Positions 19,403 through 25,859 of a DNA stretch of 64,000 nucleotides are shown here, one piece after another. Source of the stretch: an uncultured virus (IMG/VR IMGVR_UViG_3300027793_000064) (Duplodnaviria > Heunggongvirae > Uroviricota > Caudoviricetes); IMG/VR virus record IMGVR_UViG_3300027793_000064; one strand, given 5' to 3'. Positions within the stretch are counted from its first letter, which is position 1. Each line of letters begins with the position of its first letter. The position numbers and the translations under genes are program-made. The notes under the pieces are model-generated. The model worked only from the letters and a program-made list of their open reading frames with translations. It did not search any database and was not told where the DNA came from.

Positions 19403-19820
19403 TCAGGTCTGCCATGCACGCCACCAATTCTTTAACTGGAAATTGGAAACCAGGCGGGAGTAACCTCCACATCCGCACCAGTCGTCATATTTAATGTCCA
19501 TACGACGAGGACAATTTTGGGTCACAATTGGCTCCACCACTTAGTTTTGAGAAACTAAGAAAAGTTGTGCTAATTTACTCAATTCGATCATACTAAAGAA
19601 AACGCATAATAACAACATATCCCATAATCTAAATTTAATCACAAAAGGAACAATAAGTAGTCCCCCAATAAACTTCAATAATAGACCACTTTTGAAATCC
19701 CCCCATAACATAATTTGATAACCAATAATGAGAAAAAGATTTCCAAGGTACCTAAGAACACTAGTTTTAGACATAAGGGAAGCACTCCGACCAGGGCAAG
19801 TTTTAAGTCATTCCGAGACT
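19403..19820 (-). ncRNA. Multi-pseudoknot structured RNA (manA-motif-like), interrupted by an ORF
   Basis: Three H-type pseudoknots (19540-19582, 19482-19513, 19424-19453), each followed by UGGYG; separate 5' module at 19775-19820; followed by a terminator; near tRNAs and mannose genes. Family assignment from memory, not searched. Confidence 0.6.
19541..19774 (-). CDS. Small multi-TM membrane protein embedded in the structured RNA
   Basis: 77-aa hydrophobic ORF, LRYLGNLFLIIGY...LWDMLLL. Confidence 0.7.
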   Translation of the reverse strand: MSKTSVLRYLGNLFLIIGYQIMLWGDFKSGLLLKFIGGLLIVPFVIKFRLWDMLLLCVFFSMIELSKLAQLFLVSQN

Positions 19821-19825
19821 ATTTA

Positions 19826-20050
19826 CTATGCAGGAACATCGACTTGAAGATCTTCACAAAGAAGGCTCAAAATTAACTCATAATCAGCTTCCGATTCCTG
19901 ATAAAACTGAATTCCTTGCTCTTCATAAAATTTTTTAACCTTTTTGAAGAGTTTTGGTTGATCATATTCTAGATCAATTTCTCGGTTTGCGGCACGAGTA
20001 AGAGTATAAATTGATTTGCGAAACTTTGAATTGAAAGGATGATTAGACAT
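19826..20050 (-). CDS. Hypothetical protein
   Basis: ORF track; ATG at 20050 lies downstream of the promoter at 20073-20101. Confidence 0.7.
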   Translation of the reverse strand: MSNHPFNSKFRKSIYTLTRAANREIDLEYDQPKLFKKVKKFYEEQGIQFYQESEADYELILSLLCEDLQVDVPA

Positions 20051-20072
20051 TGGTTGAATTTGATTCGTTCCT

Positions 20073-20101
20073 ATTATAAGAGAGAATTGGTGAGATGTCA
20101 A
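20073..20101 (-). promoter_or_regulatory. Sigma70-type promoter
   Basis: TTGACA-N17-TATAAT, perfect consensus. Confidence 0.85.
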
Positions 20102-20124
20102 GGGGCACCAAGAATAAAATTTTC

Positions 20125-20703
20125 TTATCTAAGTTTTGGGCCACGCATCCAAGTAACTAACGATAATCTAGTCCCACTTAATACCTTTGAAACTCTATGT
20201 GGAAGCCTAGAATCGAAAATCGTTATAGATCCTTTAGTTCTAGAAATTGAAGTAATGTTTGCATGATAATCAATTAATTGCAATTCTCCGCCATCATATT
20301 CGGATTCATCTGAAATGAGTAGAGAAGCAGACAATTTTCTAGTATATGCTGAGTCATCTAGACCATAATCACAATGCCAATTATAGTGCCCATTTTGATC
20401 ATATTTACTAACTTGTATTGACTCTATTCCCGCCAAATCATATTCCCAACATTCTCTATTAGCTTTTTCGAAATAATGACGGAACATGGAGCATATCCAA
20501 TGATCGTCCTGTAGCCAGTATATAGTGGAATCTCTGATATTTTTCAAATTGGGGGAATCTTCTTCTTCGTTTGCTGTGGTGCCAACCAAAAAAGAATCTG
20601 GGTCAATGATTTTTATTTCTTTTATCATCATGTCAATCAATTCCGATGGTATTACCTCCGAATAATAAACATAAGATGATGCTTCTTTGTCGTAATATGT
20701 CAT
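20125..20703 (-). CDS. 2OG-Fe(II) oxygenase
   Basis: YNWHCD, RKLS, YDGGEL, PHRV, RLSLVTW. Confidence 0.92.
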   Translation of the reverse strand: MTYYDKEASSYVYYSEVIPSELIDMMIKEIKIIDPDSFLVGTTANEEEDSPNLKNIRDSTIYWLQDDHWICSMFRHYFEKANRECWEYDLAGIESIQVSKYDQNGHYNWHCDYGLDDSAYTRKLSASLLISDESEYDGGELQLIDYHANITSISRTKGSITIFDSRLPHRVSKVLSGTRLSLVTWMRGPKLR

Positions 20704-20719
20704 AAAAATATATTAAATA

Positions 20720-20932
20720 TCAGCTTCCTTCTTCATGATCGGTATGAATTCTGATAAGATCGTCATCAGAACAAGTTCCACCAAATACTTCTACCATTTC
20801 ATTATATGGAACCATAATTGCATTTCCATGCTCACTTGTTATAATTAATGATTCACCATTTTCTACTCTTTCCATCAAATAGTCAAAATCAGATTGAAAT
20901 TCTTCTACTGTAAATGATTGAAGTTCTGCCAT
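20720..20932 (-). CDS. Phd/YefM-like small protein
   Basis: FTVEEFQSDFDYLMERVENGESLIIT pattern. Confidence 0.55.
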   Translation of the reverse strand: MAELQSFTVEEFQSDFDYLMERVENGESLIITSEHGNAIMVPYNEMVEVFGGTCSDDDLIRIHTDHEEGS

Positions 20933-20976
20933 TTTTATGAAATTAAATTTACACAGATTAGGTAACAAATTCCTAA

Positions 20977-21052
20977 TCCGGATACTCAGATTTGAACTGA
21001 GATTATTCCTGCTCCCAAAGCAGGTGCCATGACCAAGTTAGGCGATATCCGG
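20977..21052 (-). tRNA. tRNA-Pro(UGG)
   Basis: Acceptor CCGGATA/TATCCGG; CCTGC-TTTGGGA-GCAGG; TTCAAAT T-loop. Confidence 0.92.
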
Positions 21053-21061
21053 GAATTTAAG

Positions 21062-21178
21062 CTATTTATTATTTGAGTGTATGACCATAATACCAAAGAT
21101 AGGAACCATTGTCAAGAGAAAACAGAGAGTCCCTAAAAATAGACTATTGTTTAATAGTGTTCCAATCAGATGTCCCAT
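21062..21178 (-). CDS. Small membrane protein (38 aa)
   Basis: MGHLIGTLLNNSLFLGTLCFLLTMVPIFGIMVIH; overlaps the upstream stop. Confidence 0.45.
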   Translation of the reverse strand: MGHLIGTLLNNSLFLGTLCFLLTMVPIFGIMVIHSNNK

Positions 21179-21288
21179 TCTTCTTTTTCGTCTTCATAAG
21201 TACATGGTTCTTCAAAGAGTTCAATCATTTTTTGCTGTAGAACTCTCTGTTGCAATTTTTCTATATCTTCTTCTGTTAATTCAATCAC
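21166..21288 (-). CDS. Small hypothetical protein (40 aa)
   Basis: GTG start with GGAG RBS; GTGA overlap; MIELTEEDIEKLQQRVL... Confidence 0.5.
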   Translation of the reverse strand: MIELTEEDIEKLQQRVLQQKMIELFEEPCTYEDEKEEWDI

Positions 21289-21443
21289 TTATATTTGCCT
21301 TCTCCTCCAAGAAATTTTTCTAGTGGATCTTTTCTTGTTTTTGATATTTCCACGGCTCTTTTATAAAACATATTATCCGTATTACCAGAAGCTTCGAATG
21401 TGGCTTTTATTTTTAACCAATTTTCGTATGTCCGTTGGTCCAT
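21285..21443 (-). CDS. Small hypothetical protein (52 aa)
   Basis: MDQRTYENWLKIKATFEASGNTDNMFYKRA... Confidence 0.55.
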   Translation of the reverse strand: MDQRTYENWLKIKATFEASGNTDNMFYKRAVEISKTRKDPLEKFLGGEGKYK

Positions 21444-21511
21444 TAGAATATATCATATTATCACTAATTATAATTGGTAAATTCTCAGTGTCAATCATAT
21501 GTCACGAAATC

Positions 21512-21883
21512 TTAATAACCGTGATTGATAATAGTTTTCGTGTACTTCCTTAAAATCTCTCCGGCTCTAGAATTTGCTTCATTTTCGCATTCACTTCCAG
21601 TTTCTCCGCTCATTTCTTTTCCACTTTGTTTTTGATGATAATGTACAAGTTCATGCGCAAGAGTTCTATAAACATCTAATGGATGTCTTTGTGCAGTCTG
21701 AATTTTAATCTCGTCCGTGCCAAGATTAAAACAACCAAAAGTTTTATTGTCAATTGAGAACTTGGGATCATCTATTACAATAACTTTTGGTAAAGTAGAT
21801 AACCCAAGTTCATCCTTGACAAAATTCATAAAATCTTTAACTTGAACCTTTTTTGATTCAGTAAGAAACTCTTTGAATCTCAT
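21512..21883 (-). CDS. HExxH metallopeptidase-like protein
   Basis: RTLAHELVHYHQ...ENEAN. Confidence 0.75.
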   Translation of the reverse strand: MRFKEFLTESKKVQVKDFMNFVKDELGLSTLPKVIVIDDPKFSIDNKTFGCFNLGTDEIKIQTAQRHPLDVYRTLAHELVHYHQKQSGKEMSGETGSECENEANSRAGEILRKYTKTIINHGY

Positions 21884-21898
21884 GAGTTTTTTATGTAT

Positions 21899-22150
21899 TT
21901 ATCTGACTTCAAAATCTAATCTACGAACCTTTCTTTGTCTTCTGGCCTCCTGCCACATAATGTCTTCATTTGTTAATACTTTTGTTGATTCTTTTTGTGC
22001 GGGAGAATTCAACATGACAATTTTCGATAAATCTACTGCAGATATTTTATCTTCTTTTATTGTTGCCATATTGGGACAACCACAAGACTTCGACTGGCCA
22101 GGTCTTGCCGTCACTTCAGTATTGCACTGTTTGCATCTTATCTTTAACAT
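21899..22150 (-). CDS. Zn-ribbon hypothetical protein
   Basis: CKQC...CGCPN. Confidence 0.7.
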   Translation of the reverse strand: MLKIRCKQCNTEVTARPGQSKSCGCPNMATIKEDKISAVDLSKIVMLNSPAQKESTKVLTNEDIMWQEARRQRKVRRLDFEVR

Positions 22151-22249
22151 TTCTATTCATTATGAATATTTGCGTTTGATTATTTATAATAAAAAAGCCC
22201 ACGCAATGTGAGCTTTTAAAGAATAGATATAAGATTTAACATATTTTAA

Positions 22250-22322
22250 CTCCCCCAGTCCGACTCGAACGAACAACCCCAGAGTTAACAGCTCCGTGCT
22301 CTGCCAATTGAGCTATAGGGGA
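22250..22322 (-). tRNA. tRNA-Asn(GUU)
   Basis: TCCCCTA/TGGGGGA acceptor; GGAG-CTGTTAA-CTCT; TTCGAGT. Confidence 0.92.
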
Positions 22323-22326
22323 ATGT

Positions 22327-22397
22327 AGGAAGTTACTGGACTTACACCAGTTCGAAGGGCATTGTCTGCTTGTCTCGATTCTTTGACTTAACTTCCT
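22327..22397 (-). ncRNA. tRNA-like structured RNA without a canonical anticodon arm
   Basis: AGGAAGTT/AACTTCCT terminal stem stacked on ACTGG-TGTAAGT-CCAGT; lies between tRNA-Gly and tRNA-Asn. Confidence 0.55.
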
Positions 22398-22436
22398 TTG
22401 GTCTTCAGTTAGGATACATACCTAACAAACACCAAA

Positions 22437-22507
22437 AGCGAAATACGGGATTCGAACCCGTGACACCAACTTGGAAGGATGGGATGTTACCACTACACCA
22501 ATTTCGC
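22437..22507 (-). tRNA. tRNA-Gly(UCC)
   Basis: GCGAAAT/ATTTCGC acceptor; CTTCCAA loop; TTCGAAT. Confidence 0.92.
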
Positions 22508-22550
22508 AATAAAACAATCATACCATATTTATGAATGACTGCCAAACTTA

Positions 22551-22745
22551 TCAAGAGTTTTTTTGTATTACTTCAAGATCAGTTCCAATAGCACGAAGCC
22601 ATGTATTTAAATTCTCCATAACAAATTCATCATCTGGATTTTCAAAATTGATACGAATATCACGGATTGTATCGTGGTTTTCATTCCTGGCGGAATAACC
22701 AAGATCATAGTTTGTGTTCACAACTTGTTTTTTGGGCATAATCAA
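22551..22745 (-). CDS. Hypothetical protein
   Basis: ORF track, 64 aa, within the tRNA island. Confidence 0.6.
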   Translation of the reverse strand: MIMPKKQVVNTNYDLGYSARNENHDTIRDIRINFENPDDEFVMENLNTWLRAIGTDLEVIQKNS

Positions 22746-22780
22746 TTAAGAATGTAATACGGAGATATTTCAGTATCTCA

Positions 22781-22860
22781 TGCTCGAAACAGGAGTCGAA
22801 CCTGCAAGCCGAAGCGGTTGATTTTGAGTCAACTGTGTATACCAATTCCACCATTCGAGC
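22781..22860 (-). tRNA. tRNA-Leu(CAA)
   Basis: GCTCGAA/TTCGAGC; GTTGA-CTCAAAA-TCAAC; long variable arm. Confidence 0.92.
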
Positions 22861-22900
22861 TGGCGTCTCAGGTTGGATTCGAACCAACGACCAACTGCTT
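22861..22900 (-). pseudogene. 3' half of split tRNA-Arg(UCU)
   Basis: AAGCAGTTGGTC-GTTGG-TTCGAAT-CCAAC-CTGAGAC-GCCA; the acceptor strand is complementary to 23499-23505. Confidence 0.85.
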
Positions 22901-23314
22901 ATCAGGAATACTAAGATAATCTTCAGCCAAGTTTATACCAATTTTTTGATTATTCTTGGGAGGAACTAATCTTAGGACAAATGTGTTACTACAATCATTT
23001 GGATTTATGTAGTAACACATATCTGTGTCTGGACAGTAGACGCACATTACATCAATTTCATTTTTATCATAATTTTGAGTATGTGTTCCATTTTTATCTG
23101 TCCAGCAAGTCCTGAATGGAACTTCTATTTTACCATCTTTTGATGCTCTATACTTGACTTGAACTCTTAAAAAGTTTCCATCTTTGTAGGCAACAAGATC
23201 AAAGGCAGAATGTTCTGTATGAGGAGTAAGAATTAAGTATCCTTTCTCATATAGATCAAGTTGTGCTTTTAGGACTCCAAGATCTCCTTTGTTTTTAGTA
23301 TGATGTTCCCTCAT
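22868..23314 (-). CDS. PD-(D/E)XK homing endonuclease (I-Ssp6803I/PDDEXK_5-like)
   Basis: HTKNKGDLG, FDLVAY, RVQVKY, YDKNEID..CVYCP. Confidence 0.85.
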   Translation of the reverse strand: MREHHTKNKGDLGVLKAQLDLYEKGYLILTPHTEHSAFDLVAYKDGNFLRVQVKYRASKDGKIEVPFRTCWTDKNGTHTQNYDKNEIDVMCVYCPDTDMCYYINPNDCSNTFVLRLVPPKNNQKIGINLAEDYLSIPDKQLVVGSNPT

Positions 23315-23328
23315 ACAAGTAACGATAT

Positions 23329-23347
23329 CTCTTATTATTTATAAGAG
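23329..23347 (-). promoter_or_regulatory. Late promoter TATAAATA within a hairpin upstream of the endonuclease
   Basis: CTCTTAT-AAATA-ATAAGAG. Confidence 0.7.
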
Positions 23348-23382
23348 TAGCAACTTACCAGTATGTTACTCAGAACAACCAA

Positions 23383-23454
23383 CAGGCTCACCTGGAATCG
23401 AACCAGGGACATTCGCTTAGAAGGCGAAGGTTATATCCGCTTAACTATGAGCCC
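23383..23454 (-). tRNA. tRNA-Arg(UCU), intact, nested inside the split tRNA-Arg
   Basis: GGGCTCA/TGAGCCT; TTCGC-CTTCTAA-GCGAA; CCTGG-TTCGATT-CCAGG. Confidence 0.92.
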
Positions 23455-23468
23455 AAGCGGTTGTTCTA

Positions 23469-23505
23469 AGAAATCAGATACTCTATCCAAGTGAGCTACT
23501 GAGAC
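23469..23505 (-). pseudogene. 5' half of split tRNA-Arg(UCU)
   Basis: GTCTCAG-TA-GCTC-ACTTGGATA-GAGT-A-TCTGA-TT-TCT, ending at the anticodon. Confidence 0.85.
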
Positions 23506-23543
23506 ATAAGACAATCATAAGACATTTATCTTAGATTGTCAAG
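23506..23543 (-). promoter_or_regulatory. tRNA promoter cassette 1
   Basis: CTTGACAAT-N14-TATGATTGTCTTAT. Confidence 0.8.
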
Positions 23544-23617
23544 TGGAAACACTGGGGATTGAACCCAGAACCTCACGCTTATAAGGCGTGTGCTCTAACC
23601 AGTTGAGCTATGTTTCC
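23544..23617 (-). tRNA. tRNA-Ile(UAU)
   Basis: GGAAACA/TGTTTCC; CACGC-CTTATAA-GCGTG. Confidence 0.88.
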
Positions 23618-23618
23618 G

Positions 23619-23656
23619 ATAAGACAATTATAAGGCAGAACCTTGGAATTGTCAAG
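23619..23656 (-). promoter_or_regulatory. tRNA promoter cassette 2
   Basis: CTTGACAAT-N14-TATAATTGTCTTAT. Confidence 0.85.
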
Positions 23657-23740
23657 TGCGAGTAGGGAGACTCGAACTCCCACGGGATTAACTCCCAACG
23701 GATTTTAAGTCCGGTGCGGCTACCATTACGCCATACTCGC
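23657..23740 (-). tRNA. tRNA-Leu(UAA)
   Basis: GCGAGTA/TACTCGC; CGGA-CTTAAAA-TCCG; long variable arm. Confidence 0.92.
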
Positions 23741-23742
23741 GG

Positions 23743-23780
23743 ATAAGACAATTATAGATCATAAGATCGAAATTGTCAAG
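23743..23780 (-). promoter_or_regulatory. tRNA promoter cassette 3
   Basis: CTTGACAAT-N14-TATAATTGTCTTAT. Confidence 0.85.
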
Positions 23781-23821
23781 TGTTAGAATCGGATCTCTCT
23801 CGAACCAACACATACATCATA

Positions 23822-24223
23822 TCACTCTTTGGGGCAGCTGTCAACCCATGGGGCACACAACCTGATTTCTCCTCCAAGTGACCGACACTCATCAGTATAG
23901 CACACAGAGGTGTCTACTGGTTTCTCTGAGAGTCGTGGTGGTGGAATTTTAACATGCCCACCATCTCCTGTCAAGCGTTCATAATCACTGATTGCTTTAT
24001 CCACGGTTCGCTCGACATCTCTTTCCAATATACCAGGATCTTTTTGAAGTTCTGGAATTAATGGAGAATCTGGTTGATATGTTTGGAGATATTCATAAAC
24101 AATATCCCAAATATGTTTTTGTTCTATCTTTAAGCAAGAGGAGAGTGATGCTATTATTAAAGATAGGACTACAATAGTTTTAATATGTGCTTTCTTTTTT
24201 CCTACCTGAAAATTAAATTTCAT
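23822..24223 (-). CDS. Hypothetical membrane-anchored protein
   Basis: N-terminal hydrophobic helix ending LSSC; Cys-rich C-terminus. Confidence 0.7.
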   Translation of the reverse strand: MKFNFQVGKKKAHIKTIVVLSLIIASLSSCLKIEQKHIWDIVYEYLQTYQPDSPLIPELQKDPGILERDVERTVDKAISDYERLTGDGGHVKIPPPRLSEKPVDTSVCYTDECRSLGGEIRLCAPWVDSCPKE

Positions 24224-24980
24224 TTAAAAAAATTTTATTGTATACTTCACTATATGCATAATTATTACTAAATTTTCTAATCGGCATATTTAAATAATCG
24301 AATTTTTTATTGGTGATTTCTTCTGCAGCGATCAAAAATAAAGAAAAATAGTGCCAATGACAGGGAGGAATATACTGAGGAGATAAACACACAAAAATAT
24401 AATCAAAATTATAATTATCGAAAATATATTGATCTCTAGTAAAATATTGAAATTTTGGTATGTGAGATTTTATAAAAGATTTTTTTGAATGAGAAAAATC
24501 AATACTTTTTTCATTCCCAATAAAACTATAAGAATTAAGTTTATTCTGAATGTTCAATAATGATATCCAGTTACCTTCATGTACTATACTATTATATTTT
24601 ATTTCATCGTAGCTACAAAACAAAGAATTCATCTCCGACTCATCTAAATCTTGGCTGTTTTCTGGTAAATCGGAAGGATATATTACATCATCATGATGAT
24701 CTATATTAATCAATTCGATATCATCGTAGCGAATTAAATCATCTAGTATAGAATCATGATTATATGAAAACGAAATATTATGGCAAGTGCGAATTGCTCT
24801 TAAAAAAATGGAAAAGCAGTATTGTAAATTTTTTTCGTTAATTGGAAAATCATTTATATTTTTATTTTCGTGAAAATAATTTTTCCATCTTTTTGATGGA
24901 TTATCGTCATACCCAATTTCATGGTATGTCTCAATAGATGGTTCCATAATATAATCTAGATCTATACTAAGAGCTCTCAT
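24213..24980 (-). CDS. Hypothetical metallohydrolase (UPF0489/arginase-fold-like)
   Basis: LSIDLDY, NHD, NIDHHDD, EGNW, CLSPQY. Confidence 0.6.
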   Translation of the reverse strand: MRALSIDLDYIMEPSIETYHEIGYDDNPSKRWKNYFHENKNINDFPINEKNLQYCFSIFLRAIRTCHNISFSYNHDSILDDLIRYDDIELINIDHHDDVIYPSDLPENSQDLDESEMNSLFCSYDEIKYNSIVHEGNWISLLNIQNKLNSYSFIGNEKSIDFSHSKKSFIKSHIPKFQYFTRDQYIFDNYNFDYIFVCLSPQYIPPCHWHYFSLFLIAAEEITNKKFDYLNMPIRKFSNNYAYSEVYNKIFLNEI

Positions 24981-25031
24981 AATACAAAAAAATAGAGGAA
25001 AGAGTTTTGCTTCCCTCTATTTATTGTCGAA

Positions 25032-25700
25032 TTAAACTTCTACCATGATTAGTCGGTTAGCATACTCATGTGCATAAGATGTGCGAGCACCATGATGCCC
25101 CCAACCAATCCAACTATACGCATAGTCCATGTAACGATTGATAGACTTACCAGGAGTTTTCATCCTGTCCTCAATTCGTTGCCATTGAACTTCAGTCGTT
25201 AGATAACGAAGTTGCGTGTGAAGTGATGATGGAGAACCACCATGCCTCTTGGCAAAATCGCCCAATCCATAATAACGATCAGCAGATGTCCATTGAATCA
25301 ATCCGTAACCACGACCGCAGTTACCCCAACTAGTTCTGCTACCACCTTCACAGATATTAGGCACGAAAGTGGATTCTTGTCTAATATTACCCATGATGGT
25401 AGCGAGGGCGTTTCTGTCTTTAACACCACGATCCTGGAAAAATGCCAGGGTAGCATTCTCATGTTCATTACACCCTTTACAAATTAGCCTTGTCTGTTTT
25501 GGCTTTGGTGATGCAACCTCTCGGATTGCTGTCTTCCTTTCATCTACAAGATCAAACTCTTTGATAATAACAAATGGTTTGGTTGTTGGGTCAACTGGGG
25601 GAGGAGGTCCCTGCATCTTGTAGTTGACGAATGGCAGTGATGCCGTACTGGTTGTAACCGCTGCCAAGATAGGCATGGCTACTGTAAAGAAATTTTGCAT
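25032..25700 (-). CDS. Phage tail-tip-type lysozyme (Phage_lysozyme2-like) with N-terminal signal-like region
   Basis: IMGNIRQES, GYGLIQWT..R, QLRYL; ATG at 25700 follows the structured leader. Confidence 0.8.
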   Translation of the reverse strand: MQNFFTVAMPILAAVTTSTASLPFVNYKMQGPPPPVDPTTKPFVIIKEFDLVDERKTAIREVASPKPKQTRLICKGCNEHENATLAFFQDRGVKDRNALATIMGNIRQESTFVPNICEGGSRTSWGNCGRGYGLIQWTSADRYYGLGDFAKRHGGSPSSLHTQLRYLTTEVQWQRIEDRMKTPGKSINRYMDYAYSWIGWGHHGARTSYAHEYANRLIMVEV

Positions 25701-25709
25701 TAAAATTAA

Positions 25710-25775
25710 TAGAACTCTACATCCGTATAGAAAGGGGGTACACCCTTTTCTCAAAGGGCACTTTCCACGGCTCTA
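25710..25775 (-). ncRNA. Structured 5' leader element
   Basis: Nested stems TAGAGC/GTTCTA, CGTGGAAAG/CTTTCTATACG, GCCCTTT-GAGA-AAAGGGT. Confidence 0.55.
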
Positions 25776-25830
25776 ATTGTCACGATCAAAATCTCATAAT
25801 AAAAAACCCTGCTCATAACAGGGATTTTAC

Positions 25831-25859
25831 ATTATAAGTGAATATTTATGATTTGTCAA
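25831..25859 (-). promoter_or_regulatory. Sigma70 promoter immediately followed by a terminator-like hairpin (25801-25825)
   Basis: TTGACA-N17-TATAAT; CCCTG-TTATGAG-CAGGG-TTTTTT. Confidence 0.7.

Larger units (their letters stand above)
22901..23468 (-). mobile_element. Insertion in the tRNA-Arg anticodon loop carrying a replacement tRNA-Arg and a homing endonuclease
   Basis: Bounded by complementary tRNA halves; joining them restores the TTCT/AA anticodon loop. Confidence 0.75.

Noticed and set aside
21081..21553. Plus-strand ORFs 21081-21323 and 21323-21553
   Set aside because: Three tightly packed minus-strand small ORFs explain the region better
22705..22887. 60-aa ORF
   Set aside because: Overlaps tRNA-Leu(CAA) and the tRNA-Arg 3' half
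22901..23468. Group I intron in tRNA-Arg
   Set aside because: The ORF and nested tRNA leave only ~80 non-coding nt; no P7 or other core elements and no terminal G were recognised
23506..23780. Repeat-spacer pattern as a mini-CRISPR
   Set aside because: The repeats are promoter elements and the spacers are tRNA genes
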